NCBI GenBank assembly: GCA_964187785.1
Contig: OZ076411.1
Coordinates: 57,102,001 to 57,166,000 of the forward strand
Direction: 5' to 3'
Length of the DNA stretch: 64,000 nucleotides
Source of the DNA: Amphiscolops sp. MND2022
Taxonomy: Eukaryota
Positions 38,901 through 50,400 of this stretch are shown here, one piece after another (positions within the stretch are counted from its first letter, which is position 1; each line of letters begins with the position of its first letter). A program made the translations under genes and the position numbers. The notes beneath the pieces are model-generated. The model did no database searches. It was not told the origin of the DNA and saw nothing but the letters and a program-made list of their open reading frames with translations.

Positions 38901-40144
38901 CTCTTGTTTCCAGCCCCAGAATTTGGAGGGGTCGATTATTGGAGATGAGCTCTTCACCAGCCGACTAGGGCTTTTCCAACGATTGACACGGGATTGTTAG
39001 TTTTCTCCTTTCATTTCATGCGCATTTTATCTCATCGAACTGACCTTTGGTTTGTTTAGATGCTAACGCCTTTTCACTCAGTCTGTCGGGCCGGAGGGAT
39101 AGATCCTTTTATACGTATCGTCAACTCTGCCAATTTCTTTACAAACTTGCGCGACGATGTTCCACGCCACAAGATTTGCCTCCCGAGGAAAATTGGCCCG
39201 AAATTCTCAATTTGGAGTTGAGTACCACAACTGCGCTCAGTTTCACAATTTTTCTTTCCCGAGCCAAGTTTGGTTCCAAGTTGGATGCCTGCAAAATCAA
39301 AGCTGGACTTGACAGATTAGATAATTCCAACGCAGGGCTGTCCATCGGCACACTGTCCAATAGAAATAAAGAGGAGTTTGGAAGGGCAGCACGCAGTTAC
39401 GTCACCTTTTTATTTATTTCATTTCAGGAACTGAAGGGGCTAACTAATGACCTCGTTAAAAACTTGGGTTGCTTTGATTTGGAGATCCTTTTGCTTGGAC
39501 CCATTGCACACGCAACTTACTGTCATGCTCAATTATTTACCAGTTTCCGATTACGAGGCTACTTTACTACAGATCAGGAGACTGCAAGTGGTGAAGAATA
39601 TTTGTCTTTCCTGGATGATCTGAGACGTACTTATTCAGAATTGGCGCAGCCTACTTTACTGATTCCTGACACTGTTAAATTTCATGTTGAATTGCCTTCC
39701 CTGCATAGTCGTCCTTTGCTCTACAAACTTTTTCGTTTGGCGTGTTTGTGCCTAGATGAGCCGTTTCCTGTTCTGCCCAGTGTGAAATTTGGATCAGTGA
39801 GTTCTGACGATCCTACTAGCAGTCTTATTGACGAGATTTTACCCGTCCAGTCTTATTTTGCCAATGTACCTCACAGTATTGATGCTGTTACGACCGACCA
39901 ATCCGTATCTGATTTCCTTCGTCTAGAACCTGATTTCGCTGATGGCGGACTGAGTGATACATATTGTCCCTGGCACAGTGTTAACGTCTTTGGACGTTCC
40001 AAAATCCTTGAACAGCTATCTTCCGATCGTAGTAGGCCACAAACTTCTGTCAGTTTTGCTGTCAATAAAGTTGTTGAGAGCAGTAAGTCTCACGGGACGT
40101 CCAAGTCATCTCCCAAGAAGAGCAGTAAGCGTCCTAGTCAATAG
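35977..40144 (+). pseudogene. G2 antisense accessory gene, 5 exons (35977-38010, 38149-38634, 38703-38837, 38914-38995, 39060-40144), ~1270 codons, with three premature stops in exon 1
   Basis: All introns are GT-AG (138, 68, 76, 64 bp) and the frame is continuous after splicing. Zinc finger Cx2Cx16Hx5H at 37549-37629. In-frame stops at 36793, 37195 and 37489. The start codon is uncertain and the original stop may be at 40210. Confidence 0.88.
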
Positions 40145-40406
40145 TCCCCTAATAAAGAAGTGGTTCCATCCGCGAAGGCCTTGTTGACTCCTAGTAGCTC
40201 TAAAGTCTAATTGTACATAATGTACAATTGTGTGCTATATTTTGTATATTTGTTGGTTTATTTCTCATATTTATGTTCTTGTATTATCTGTTTGCTGTTT
40301 GGTTGAGTTTTGTCATTAATTTCGTTCAGCTGTGAGTCAGATCAGGCCCCATAAAAATACAAGTTGTTGAAAGAAGAACCACGGGGCAGTAAATTCAGTT
40401 TTCCTT

Positions 40407-43400
40407 CTAGTATCTGTGTTCATCAGTAAAGTTTGGAGTAGGGTTAGGACGTAGATTATATTTTCCTCCCCTGGGACTTTCATTTTCTACAACCATTTCA
40501 TCACTTTCATTGCTTTGCGGTCATAGTATTCTTTGTACTTTAAGTACGACTGCATGATGTTTTTCTTCGTTTTATCGATCAGAATTTGTGTACGTCGTTG
40601 TAATTCTTCGGCAAAATCCGTTGTTGGGAGAATTTTCGGGTTGGGATTTAAGCCCAACCGGTGGTCTAGAATGTTATACGGTACTCTTCCATGGAAAATT
40701 CTGGAAGGTTCGCATCCTAGACTTGAATGATAGGTCGTATTGTAGTTGAGGACAGCCAATGGTAGATACTTGTGCCATTGGCGACGGTATTCACCGGAAG
40801 CCATTTTTAGGTTGCCCTTAAGACTGGCATGAGTTCTCTCTAATTTACCTATCGTCTGAGGATGCTTCGTCGTTGCACATTTGATCTGAATACCCAGAAT
40901 TTTTGCGACCTCGTCGACTAGACGTGAAGTAAAGGCTGTTCCTTTGTCAGTAATCAGAGTTGTTGGTAAATATGCATGCCTTGTCATAATATCAATAAGT
41001 ACTCTTGCGGTACTAGAGGCTGAAGCGTCAACTACAGGATAGGCGAAGAGGTATCTTGAGAAGACATCCAGAGCAGTAATGACATTTTCATATCCCCCAC
41101 TCGGTGGGAGGTTAGGTAAAAGGTCAATTTGTAAGGCGTCTTCAGGACCAAGATCCCATTCAGGTAAATTAAGTAGTTCAGGCGTGATTGATGGGTTTTT
41201 GATTCTTTTGTCTTTTATGCAGATTTCACATCCTTGGACCTACTTTTGACGCTTTTTGCTATTCCAGGGTAGTAATATTTTTGACGAATTTCATAAAGCA
41301 TCTTGGAGATTCCTGGATGTTTATTCGTCATTCCATGTAGTGAGTGGAGTAGCTCCGACACAAGGTGTTTAGGTAAGAGCGCCTGTCTGTATAGGACTCT
41401 TCCTGTTTCGTCATAGTAGTCTCTAGTGACAACGTCATCCTGAACGGACAGACGGTCAATTTGACTGCAGTAATGTCAGAAGCGCGAATCTTGATGTAGA
41501 ATTGTTTCAGAAGATTCTTCTTTCTGCAGTTTGAGGCGTAACTGGTGTAAAACCACGTCGTTTTGTTGCTCAATAGCCATGGTGGTAGAAGTTGACAGCA
41601 TCTGCAAACTTGTCATTTGTGAAGAAGCACCCCTGTGGGCACTGAGTTTCTCTAGGGAGATATCAGGTAATTGATTTGTTGGATGAGACCTGGCGTCCTT
41701 TTTACGTTGCCAGATTTGTTCCTCAGTTTCCTCATCCTCTTCAGTGTAGAAAATTTGGTCTTCTTCTGTCACTCCGGCCGATTGGACGTTGAGTTCAATG
41801 GGAGTGGTTGATATATCTTCGCGTATACGGAGTACAAGTTTTTCTTTAGGACAAAGCTCCAAACGAGACAAATAGTCTGCTGCGGTGTTATTTTTGCCTG
41901 GTATGTGGGCAATTGTGAAACTGAACTGAATAACGTAGTCACACGCGTTCCACAGGGTTGGTGGAATGATTTTAGTTTGGAAAAAGCGAGTGACCGACTT
42001 GTTGTCTGTTAGGATTATCACCGGTTTCAGGGTCCCCCAAAAGATATGCCCAAATTCCTTGAATGCGAAGAATATCGCTAAGAACTCTTTCGCTTAGATA
42101 GACATTTTCAGTTCGGTGGGACTAAAGGTCTTGGATCCATATGCTACGGGTGCGAAAGACTTTCGCGTTGAAGTATACTTCTCACTTGGATCGTCCTCGA
42201 TGAGAACTGCGTAACCTGTCGCCAAGAAGCTAGCATCAGTCATTAATGCTATCTGCTTATTAGGCAGAGGTTGTTTGAGTGCAAGTTCACAACATCGGTC
42301 AAGAGCTTTGTTGATCTCGGTGAATTGTTCTAACAGATCGGGTGTCACTATGACTTTGGCATCGTTTTTCAGTAGTTTGAAGAATGGTGTAAGTTTCTCT
42401 GACAGCCTTGGGATATAATTGCGATAATAATTGAGGAATCCCAAGTATCGCTCGAGAGCCGTTTTGGTTTTGGGAAATTTGGTCTTCTCTAGGAAGTTTT
42501 GGACTCTGGGTCGTTGTGGCCGCACTCCTTCAGGAGTGATGGTACGTCCCAGAAAGTCGATTTCCTTGGCGCCAAAGTGGCATTTGTGCATCGTGAGTTT
42601 GAGACCTGCAGTCCGGGTGCACTGAAACGTAGCTGTAAGGTTTCGAATCAGCTGCTCAGCAGTGTTTGCCGCGATTCCGATATCATCGACGTCCTGTGCG
42701 CATTGGTCAGCTTTGATCACCTTGTCTAAATAGCTCGAAAAAGCAGAAAGAGCTCTGCTGAGACCTTGCGCCAATCTGCGGTATGCGAATGTCCTGCTAG
42801 CAAAATTGAATGCAAGCATCTCGATGGACCTCTGGTCCGCCATTTGTAGACAATGATATGCCTGCGAACAATCTAATTTACAGAACAGGCGTTTGCCTGC
42901 CATGTGCTGTGCGGCGTCCGTTAAAGTACTCAAAGGATGATTGTTGTTGATATAATCATCAGAGATCAAATATTTGATCTTGCGAAGATCGACCAAGAGT
43001 CGTAATTTGCAATTTGGTTTTTTCTGGGCAAAGATTGGACTTGCATATTTAGAGAATGGAAGTGTGGTTATGATTCCATATCGATGTAGGAGGGCTATTT
43101 CGACGAGAATATCTTCTTTGAGATTAATTGGCGTTAGAAGGCTTTGACTATAAGCTGGGGATTCGTCTTTAGGTGTGAGCTTGACCTTGAATTCCTCGTT
43201 CATGCCTATATCAAATCGGTGTCTCGCAAATATGTCATGAAATTCGCCGAGTAACTCTTCAATTTGGGTGATTTCAGCTGGTTGCAACGTAGAGTCTGTC
43301 CAGTCAAAATTGGCAAGGAATTGGTTTCTAGACTCAGGGTCATCCTGAGGGTTGAGTTTTTCCAGTTCCTGGAGGTTTTGTAGTTCCTTCAGGATTCGTT

Positions 43401-44860
43401 GCTGAATCGGGGTATGGAGCTGAGGGTCTCCAGGTTCTTCTGGTGTAGGAAACTAGTAGTTTTCTTGGTCTTCCCCAGTCCCTGTAGATTGAATCAAACT
43501 GCTTGCGTAATAGGCAGCATTTTCTGGATTATCTTGCAGGAGGTGCCATGTGGTAACCGCGTCAATGGGTTTGACGTACTTCATTTGCTCTGGCGTCATG
43601 ACAGAAAAAGTGGCAATGTCCGAACCCCGTTTGAGGGTATATGGCTGATCAGTGAAATTATTCACGTGGATCGAAACCTGACCTTGGGTCAGTGTGACTA
43701 GAGCGGCGCAAAAGGCTATATCACCGTCCTCAGTGAGGGCGTTGCTCAGTTGGAGGATTCCGGTGACATTAGTGTCAGCATATATATTGGAGTACATGGA
43801 GACCACGTGTCTGTCATTGGGCGGGATAATATTGTCCTCGCGTATAGTGACAGGTTCCATGACGTTAGTGTACTTGTGGTCCGCTGTCTTCAACTGCATA
43901 GAAAAGAATTGGAATATTAAAACTCCCTGCCTCATGTCCAATATAGTATTATTCCTTTGAGGAATGAAAGACCAATTAGCGGACTTGTGAGCCTTTCCAT
44001 GACTATGAATATCTCGTGGAATTCGATGTCCCCGACTTCAAATTTGAGTTCAACAGTGCTCTTTGGGGTTTCCAGTTGTCCATTGGCAACCATTATCTGG
44101 AAGTTGGGTGCTGGTCCCTCTTTGACTATCGACTGGGGGGCTAATAATCGGATTTTACGTAGATCAGCTTCTGGGATCGCACTAGATAGAGCTCCCGTGT
44201 CTACTAGGCCATCTAATGTTAGTTCGCCAAAATCCATGGGAAAATAAAGCATACGTCTCTTATACTTTAGTCCAAGATTTGATGTCAACGGAACATAATC
44301 GGGTTCACCGTCTCGTGAGATTAGGATGTTCACAAATCGTTCCTCTACGGTTGCAGTCAATGTGACCACAGGTCCATTTTGAGAGAACTCTTTCGGTGGG
44401 TCTTCCTGAGTGACCAAATTGGTGGCAGCCCATTCCTCTTGCCAAGGGTCTACGAGAGCCTTGGTCAGAGCTGGGTTGAGATTTTTGTCGATTTCGTTGG
44501 AATCTAGTTCTGTTTCCAAAGGGTTTTTGTGGAAATTGGTATAGAAATGGAGGTGATGTTGGTTGTAGATCTGAGCGTCCCAACAAGGATCGAAACCGAG
44601 ATCTTTATCGCGGTAGTATAGGTTATAGTCATCTATAGGAGGTAGAGGTCGGATAGTAGTAGTATTACCTTGCAGTCTGTCGGACTGATGGTCCAAGTCA
44701 ATTAAATTGGTGGGAGTATTTTTCACCTGCTGCTGCCAGTCAGCTGATGAGTTTGCTTTAAGGGATGAGTAGTATTCGATGTAATATATAGTAGAAGGGT
44801 CAGAAATTATGTACTGTCTGACGCGTAGTTTACCATTAAAGCAGAGTCGTGGCGAATCTA
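40407..44860 (-). pseudogene. pol: G2 pol (protease, RT, RNase H, integrase with C-terminal deletion)
   Basis: LVDTGA; RLLVDLRK, FAYRRLAQGL, DVDDIG (YVDD mutated); MTDASF; HPGISKM; TDKGTAF...KLERTH; ends KYNLRPNPTPNFTDEHRY*. Confidence 0.95.
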
Positions 44861-44867
44861 GTTTTTT
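44861..44867 (-). promoter_or_regulatory. Predicted -1 frameshift slippery site A AAA AAC before the gag UAG
   Basis: The -1 frame is open from this site through the protease ORF to 43932. Confidence 0.75.
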
Positions 44868-45994
44868 GGGTTTTTGAGGATAGACGTGGTGGGTTTGTTA
44901 TTGTTGGAGTCATCTTGACTCATAGTAGTTTCTCCTGGTTTGGAATTTTCCAAATTGAGGTTTTTGGGCTTGAGGTGAGCTCCAGCGCCTTTCCAACATC
45001 GTTCCGCCGGGTGATTTGTTTTGTCGCAAGTCGGACATTTTGGATATTCTTTCTTGGTGTCCTGCCCTTCAATGCGGCGTTGTTCCTCCTTTCTTTTGAG
45101 TTTGCGGCAGTCGTCTTTGACATGCCCGGGTTTTTTGCAGTAATTGCAAGTAATTTTTGGGTCAATGCCAGATGAGAGGAGGCCAGTACCCGGTCGTGTT
45201 GTTGTCGGGGCTGTGGACATTGTGGGGACGTGGATGTCGTCGCTTTCCTCAAGTCCATTCAACTCCAATTCACGTTCGAGGTGTGTGACAATCTCTGCGT
45301 AGGTCGCATTTTCAAGTCGCGCCATATTGACTGAGCGTTTCAGTTTGGGCGGCAGTTTAGCATAAAGCAGACTGTCAATCATTGCTTGAGCATGTTCCCT
45401 AAAGGCTTTTTCAGCTCCTTGGTTAAGTTCTTCAAGGAAATCGGGCAATTTCATAGTATTCGGGTCAAATACTAGTTTATGCCACTTGTGTTTGGCAGTT
45501 GCCTGAGACTCAGCTTTGACATATTTCCTACGGAAGACCGCTAGTATATCTTCCAAGGTTTGTCAATTGGTTGAATTGATGTTACGGAATGTCTGTAGAG
45601 CGTTTTTGCGTAGCAATGAGTGAAAATGGTTGATTTTCATTGTTTCCGTGATGTCTGGTTGCATTTTTATCATCGTATGAAAAAGATCTTCAAACAGTTC
45701 AAATTTTTCAGATTTGCCATCAAATGTCAGTGTTGTCGTACTAAATGGTCGTACCATCAGTGTCTGTGCTGATGGTTTGTTGTTCATACCCATAATCACG
45801 TCAGCAAGTCGATTAATGGGGTCTATTGTTGGTTCGGAAGGTACATCTCGGTTATTGGTGGGGACTGTTGGGAATTGCGCCGGGATGGTTGTGTCAAGCG
45901 TATCGTCGGTGACACACTGTTGGTGTGAACTTTTATTTCGAAATTGCATGGGCCGTCCGGTCAGGAACTCAGGGACCATTTGAGGGGTAAGGTT

Positions 45995-46008
45995 GGCTCC
46001 TGTTACCA
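45995..46008 (-). promoter_or_regulatory. G2 primer-binding site TGGTAACAGGAGCC, translated within gag as MVTGA
   Basis: Immediately follows the LTR end ...TTACGACA. Confidence 0.9.
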
Positions 46009-47344
46009 TGTCGTAACCGTCGTCTTCATCACTATGATAAGAATCTACTGAATTCTCTCTCTGACGATTTATATGGTTACTATTCGTCCCTACTGTCCTA
46101 GGGAAGTCTTTCTTGACGTCCAGGGACGTTTTACCAGCGATTTGCTGATGCGGTCCATCTGACCTTAGGTCCCTATGTGGACGTACTTGTTCAAAAGTAT
46201 TCGGATGCGGTCCATCTGACCTTAGGTCCAAATGAGTATTTTGGCTTTTTAACACGTTCCTGATGCTAGGAATCACTTTTTTTTCAATTGCTGAGTCTAT
46301 TGCATTTAAAATATGCGAAGTAAGATCAGATCTCATTTCTTCTATTTTCCTGGACATTTGCGAAGAAATTTCTGAATTTATTGCTCTACTAGTTTCAACT
46401 GTAATTTCACTATTTTCACTTGCATTAGTATTCAATAAAGTCCAAAAATTCCCACTAATTGAGTTAACTTCCTTGTTGGATTTCCTTGAGTCTAAATTTA
46501 GACCAGTATCGCTAAGGTTTTCATCTCTAACTTGATCACTCTCTTGGTAATTTCCCAACATTATATCTAAATTCTCAATATCTGACATAACGTCTGCATG
46601 TCTGGAACGCTTCTCTCTAGCTTTCTGCTTTCTAGTCGAAGGCATAACAGTGGATTTGATGTTTCAACAGTGAATTCACTAATATCAATGTCAAATCAAA
46701 GTAGTCGTGTATCGTATATCAGTAATATCAATAATGATCCTTTCAACAACGGGTTCCTGGTATATATAGTTGCAGGGCCAAGACAATCATTATTTAGGAC
46801 GTCAAGGTCCGAAAATATACGTGACGTCATGTTTACTATAAATAGCTGAAGATAGACTAAACGTCATTTTACGTCAGCAGCTATAAATAGAATTAGAACA
46901 AGTTTAACTAGCTAACAGGCAACTTTGGTGACTACATGTGCATGACACTACGTCTTGTCAAACTAAACTAATCAACGGTTGAAATGCATGAAGAGGCATG
47001 GTGACCTAACGTCAGAGTGACTGCACTAAAGCACTGTGATTATAGGTAGCACCGTATATATATGAACACTGTATGACAACGCGTCAACTAGACTGCAACG
47101 GCGAGTAGTTGACGCATTTTATTTAACATTATGGCAAACAAAAAATATTGCAAGTACTTTCATGGGGTCAACGTGACCTTAGGTCAAAACAGTAAGATAA
47201 CTACTTTCATGACTAAATGATTGCTAAATTGGATTAATATTGACAATTTCATGTAAAACAATCTACATCAATCGTAGTTTGAGTTGTTTTAGTCTTCGGG
47301 CATGACTTGATATAGCAAACTGTCACAGGCGGCAGCCTGCGACA
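46009..47344 (-). repeat. G2 5' LTR (1336 bp; ~42-bp deletion relative to the 3' LTR near 47293)
   Basis: TGTCGCAGG...GACA; the deletion is flanked by AGT microhomology. Confidence 0.95.
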
Positions 47345-47375
47345 GTGGATGATGAATGTCATTGTAATTCCGAAA

Positions 47376-47432
47376 CTTGAAGGAATGAATATCCTTGTCT
47401 GAACTTCAGACAAGGATATTCCTTCCTTCAAG
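47376..47432. repeat. 57-bp near-perfect palindrome (28-bp arms, 1-nt spacer, 1 mismatch)
   Basis: CTTGAAGGAATGAATATCCTTGTCTGAA-C-TTCAGACAAGGATATTCCTTCCTTCAAG. Confidence 0.95.
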
Positions 47433-50400
47433 AAACCAATCCCACAGAAAAATATTTATATAAGGTTTTATACTATACATACTTATTTACTAATTGACTC
47501 TTGCGGACACAAATTCATCGCTCTGAAATTTTTCCATCAGGCCAGGCGTTCAAAAACATGTACAAGAGGCGCAGTGTGTACTGAAATGTCCAAAAAGATC
47601 TTTCAGTATAAATAGACATTTTCTGAACTAAAAATATGTTTTTTTTCAGTTTAATTTTTGTTTGAAAGTGACAAAATCATGAACGTAGCAAAGTGATTAA
47701 AATCACAAAGTGCCAAAACTGCACAAAAGTGTGACACATTAGGCACGAGAAACGCGTTTTCTAAACTGGAAGCAACAAAAACGAAGCAACTAACGTCCAT
47801 TGGGAAGAAGAAATTGTGAATGTTGCGCAGTGTCGAAAAACCTTAATTTAACGTCCACCAACTTGGTGGACCGGTCGGAAAATTTGAAAAATTGAAAGAA
47901 AGCATGCTCAACCTAGCAGGTATCTAAAAATCAGTCGAGAAGTTGGTAAAAGAAGCAAAAACACCATCATTACACGGCAGCCACCCCGACAAACCCAGAG
48001 ACACCCCGTAAAGCTGAGAAGTCACCCGTGATACTGTGTGCCATAGGAGCACGTTCCGTTAGAAGAATTCCACCAAAAGAATGCAAAAAACCCGAAAAAC
48101 AGACCTTAGACTTTTAAACAGAATATGCCCGAAACACGAAATTCGATGAATTTCGATCCACGGTGCTTTATTTGTAGCTATTCCGAGTTGCCAGTGCAGA
48201 TTTTCATATATTTCAGGTCTTTTATCATGCACCTAATACTAGATTAATTAATGTATGTTTGCTCATCTTTTTCAAGCCATTTTCAATTTCCTAATTCGTG
48301 TTTACACTACCTACGTGTTTACACACTATCGTAAATTAAAAAACTTATCGGAGGGTCCTAGATTGTTTTATTGCTTGTATAAAGCCTTGCAGGCTTCCCT
48401 CTAGTATAATACCTGCGTTCCCTGCGTATTTCCGAGGTTTGCAAAAAAATGAATGATTGGCTTCAAAGTACCACTTTTTGCTTTTTTCGTATTGAGATTG
48501 ACTATCTGACTTAACCGGCTTTTAATTTGAAGGGTTCTGAAACCTTTGTCAGCCAATTGTTAATGTACTGGAATTGTGAGAACGGTTGCTGAAAGCACCC
48601 GTTGCCTTGGACGAATTTGCGAGCAGGGTGCAGACACTACCCCTTTTTCGACGCTCTGACTGGTTACGACAACCCCAGATTCAGCATTTTTGTATAGTAG
48701 CCCCTAAGGCTTTTCACAGGCGTAACCTAACAAGTAGTAAAAGACAAAACTCAGTGGGTATTCTAATCGTTTGCTGAAAAATAATAGCGAGCTAGCTATA
48801 ACGCACAATGTTTAAGGCTTTCAATTTATTTCCAATTATATTTCAAAACCAAAAACGTTCAGAAGAGAGTACTGCCAATGGGAAAACAAAAATAAACGTT
48901 CCATTGGACCTATTAAAAAAACATACCTGGCTAAAATGTGAAAACACCAAGAAACGTTTTGTTGAGAACGCCAAGTTTGGCAATTTGACCAAATTTAGTG
49001 AAGGCGAAACCTTGGGTGTTTTTGCCTAGAGATTTTGGAAAAGTCCAAACGAAATTTTCCCGAGCTTGGTAGTACAAAACACTAGTGCCAAGATATTTTC
49101 CAGTGTTCCCCATCATCAATTAAACTTTTTTCTTTGCTTTTCGTTTTGTTTATTCAGACTTGAATTGAGGACACCATAGACCTGAGTGGAGTAGACTAAA
49201 AATCAAAAGTATTAATTGAAACAACCCCCAGTCCCCTGAACAAGTTGTTGCACCGTCCTACGTTACTGTTGAACAAACCAGAACGTCTGAGAATAGAGAA
49301 ATAACAATTTCGTGGTGAAAAACAGCGTAATTTATGTACTGTTCTTGGAGTGTAAAAAGGTGCTACTTGAATCTTTTTGAGAGACTTTCTTTGGAACCTA
49401 CTAGGTTTCATTGGCCTAATTACTCTTAATTTAGTAGTTGTCGAGAAATAGCGAACAACGTGTTACTTTAGCGATCTCCAGGATATCCCAGCACTAAACT
49501 TTTGGCATTCTCACATACACAGTACTGATTTCCGACATTTTGTGCAGTGTGAGCACCTGCTACTACCCAACTCGAAGAAACTGACTTTTTAAGAAGTTAG
49601 ACCAATACAAGTGACACCAACCAAAAGTACATCATAGTTTTTTTCATTTCCGATCACTGAATATTGGCCCGGGTACCCAAGTACTTTGTTTTTTCGTTAC
49701 GTGGGCAAATTTAACGCTCATATAGAACTTTCACATAGCTAGCAAGCATAGAAAGTGATTTGATAGAAACGAGCGAATTTAACGACATGCTTGGTATTTC
49801 GATAAGCATTGTTGATCAACTGAATTTCAAATTCCCACGATTCAGCTAGTGTAGTACACGATGTGAAATTTTCAGGTCGCTAGAATCACTAGAAGTGATT
49901 TTAACTTCTTTCAGGCGTGCGTTTTGACAAAAAAACAGATAATTTTGGCAAGTTTTGCACAAAAATTGCCGGGATGTTGCTGTCTGAATACTACAAAACC
50001 GACGTGTTACGGTTCGTTAAAGCGGTTTAGGCAGTAGCTGGACCATTTTAATTTTCCTGTTCTGCCAAGCAACAGTCTACGAGACGTAGTATTGAAAAAC
50101 GCGAGAACGTTTTCACTCAACTGCCATCAAAGTCACCCGAGTGCGAACTTTTGGCCAAGATCACACCTACTAGACATTAGGCGTGCTGTGCGAAAGCTAG
50201 TACACATTCATATCATTTGTAGAGGTTTCTACTTTCTACGCAGTGCGTCTGTACCACAGTTAAAAAAAAACATTTATTCGATCAAACAACAATCGTACTT
50301 AAAAAACTCATTAAACCTCAAGGTCTTCTATTCTGCTAGCCACTAAAGTCTATTCCCAACCAACGCATTTCACTTGCAACCCCACTTGTGCTCTCTAACT

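Larger units (their letters stand above)
44858..46645 (-). pseudogene. gag: G2 gag (~595 codons, one in-frame TGA at 45563), starting inside the 5' LTR
   Basis: ORFs 46645-45563 and 45556-44858 share a frame; knuckles CNYCKKPGHVKDDC and CPTCDKTNHPAERC. Confidence 0.92.
32058..47344 (-). mobile_element. Structurally complete giant Gypsy element G2 (15,287 bp)
   Basis: Paired LTRs about 97-98% identical by eye; 5-bp TSD GTGGA at 32053-32057 and 47345-47349; TG start and CA end; PBS; gag, pol and two accessory genes. A few stops and deletions make it probably inactive. Confidence 0.96.

Noticed and set aside
43453-43941. dUTPase between protease and RT (also 10750-11070)
   Set aside because: Beta-rich spacer common in Gypsy pol; the five dUTPase motifs are not recognisable.
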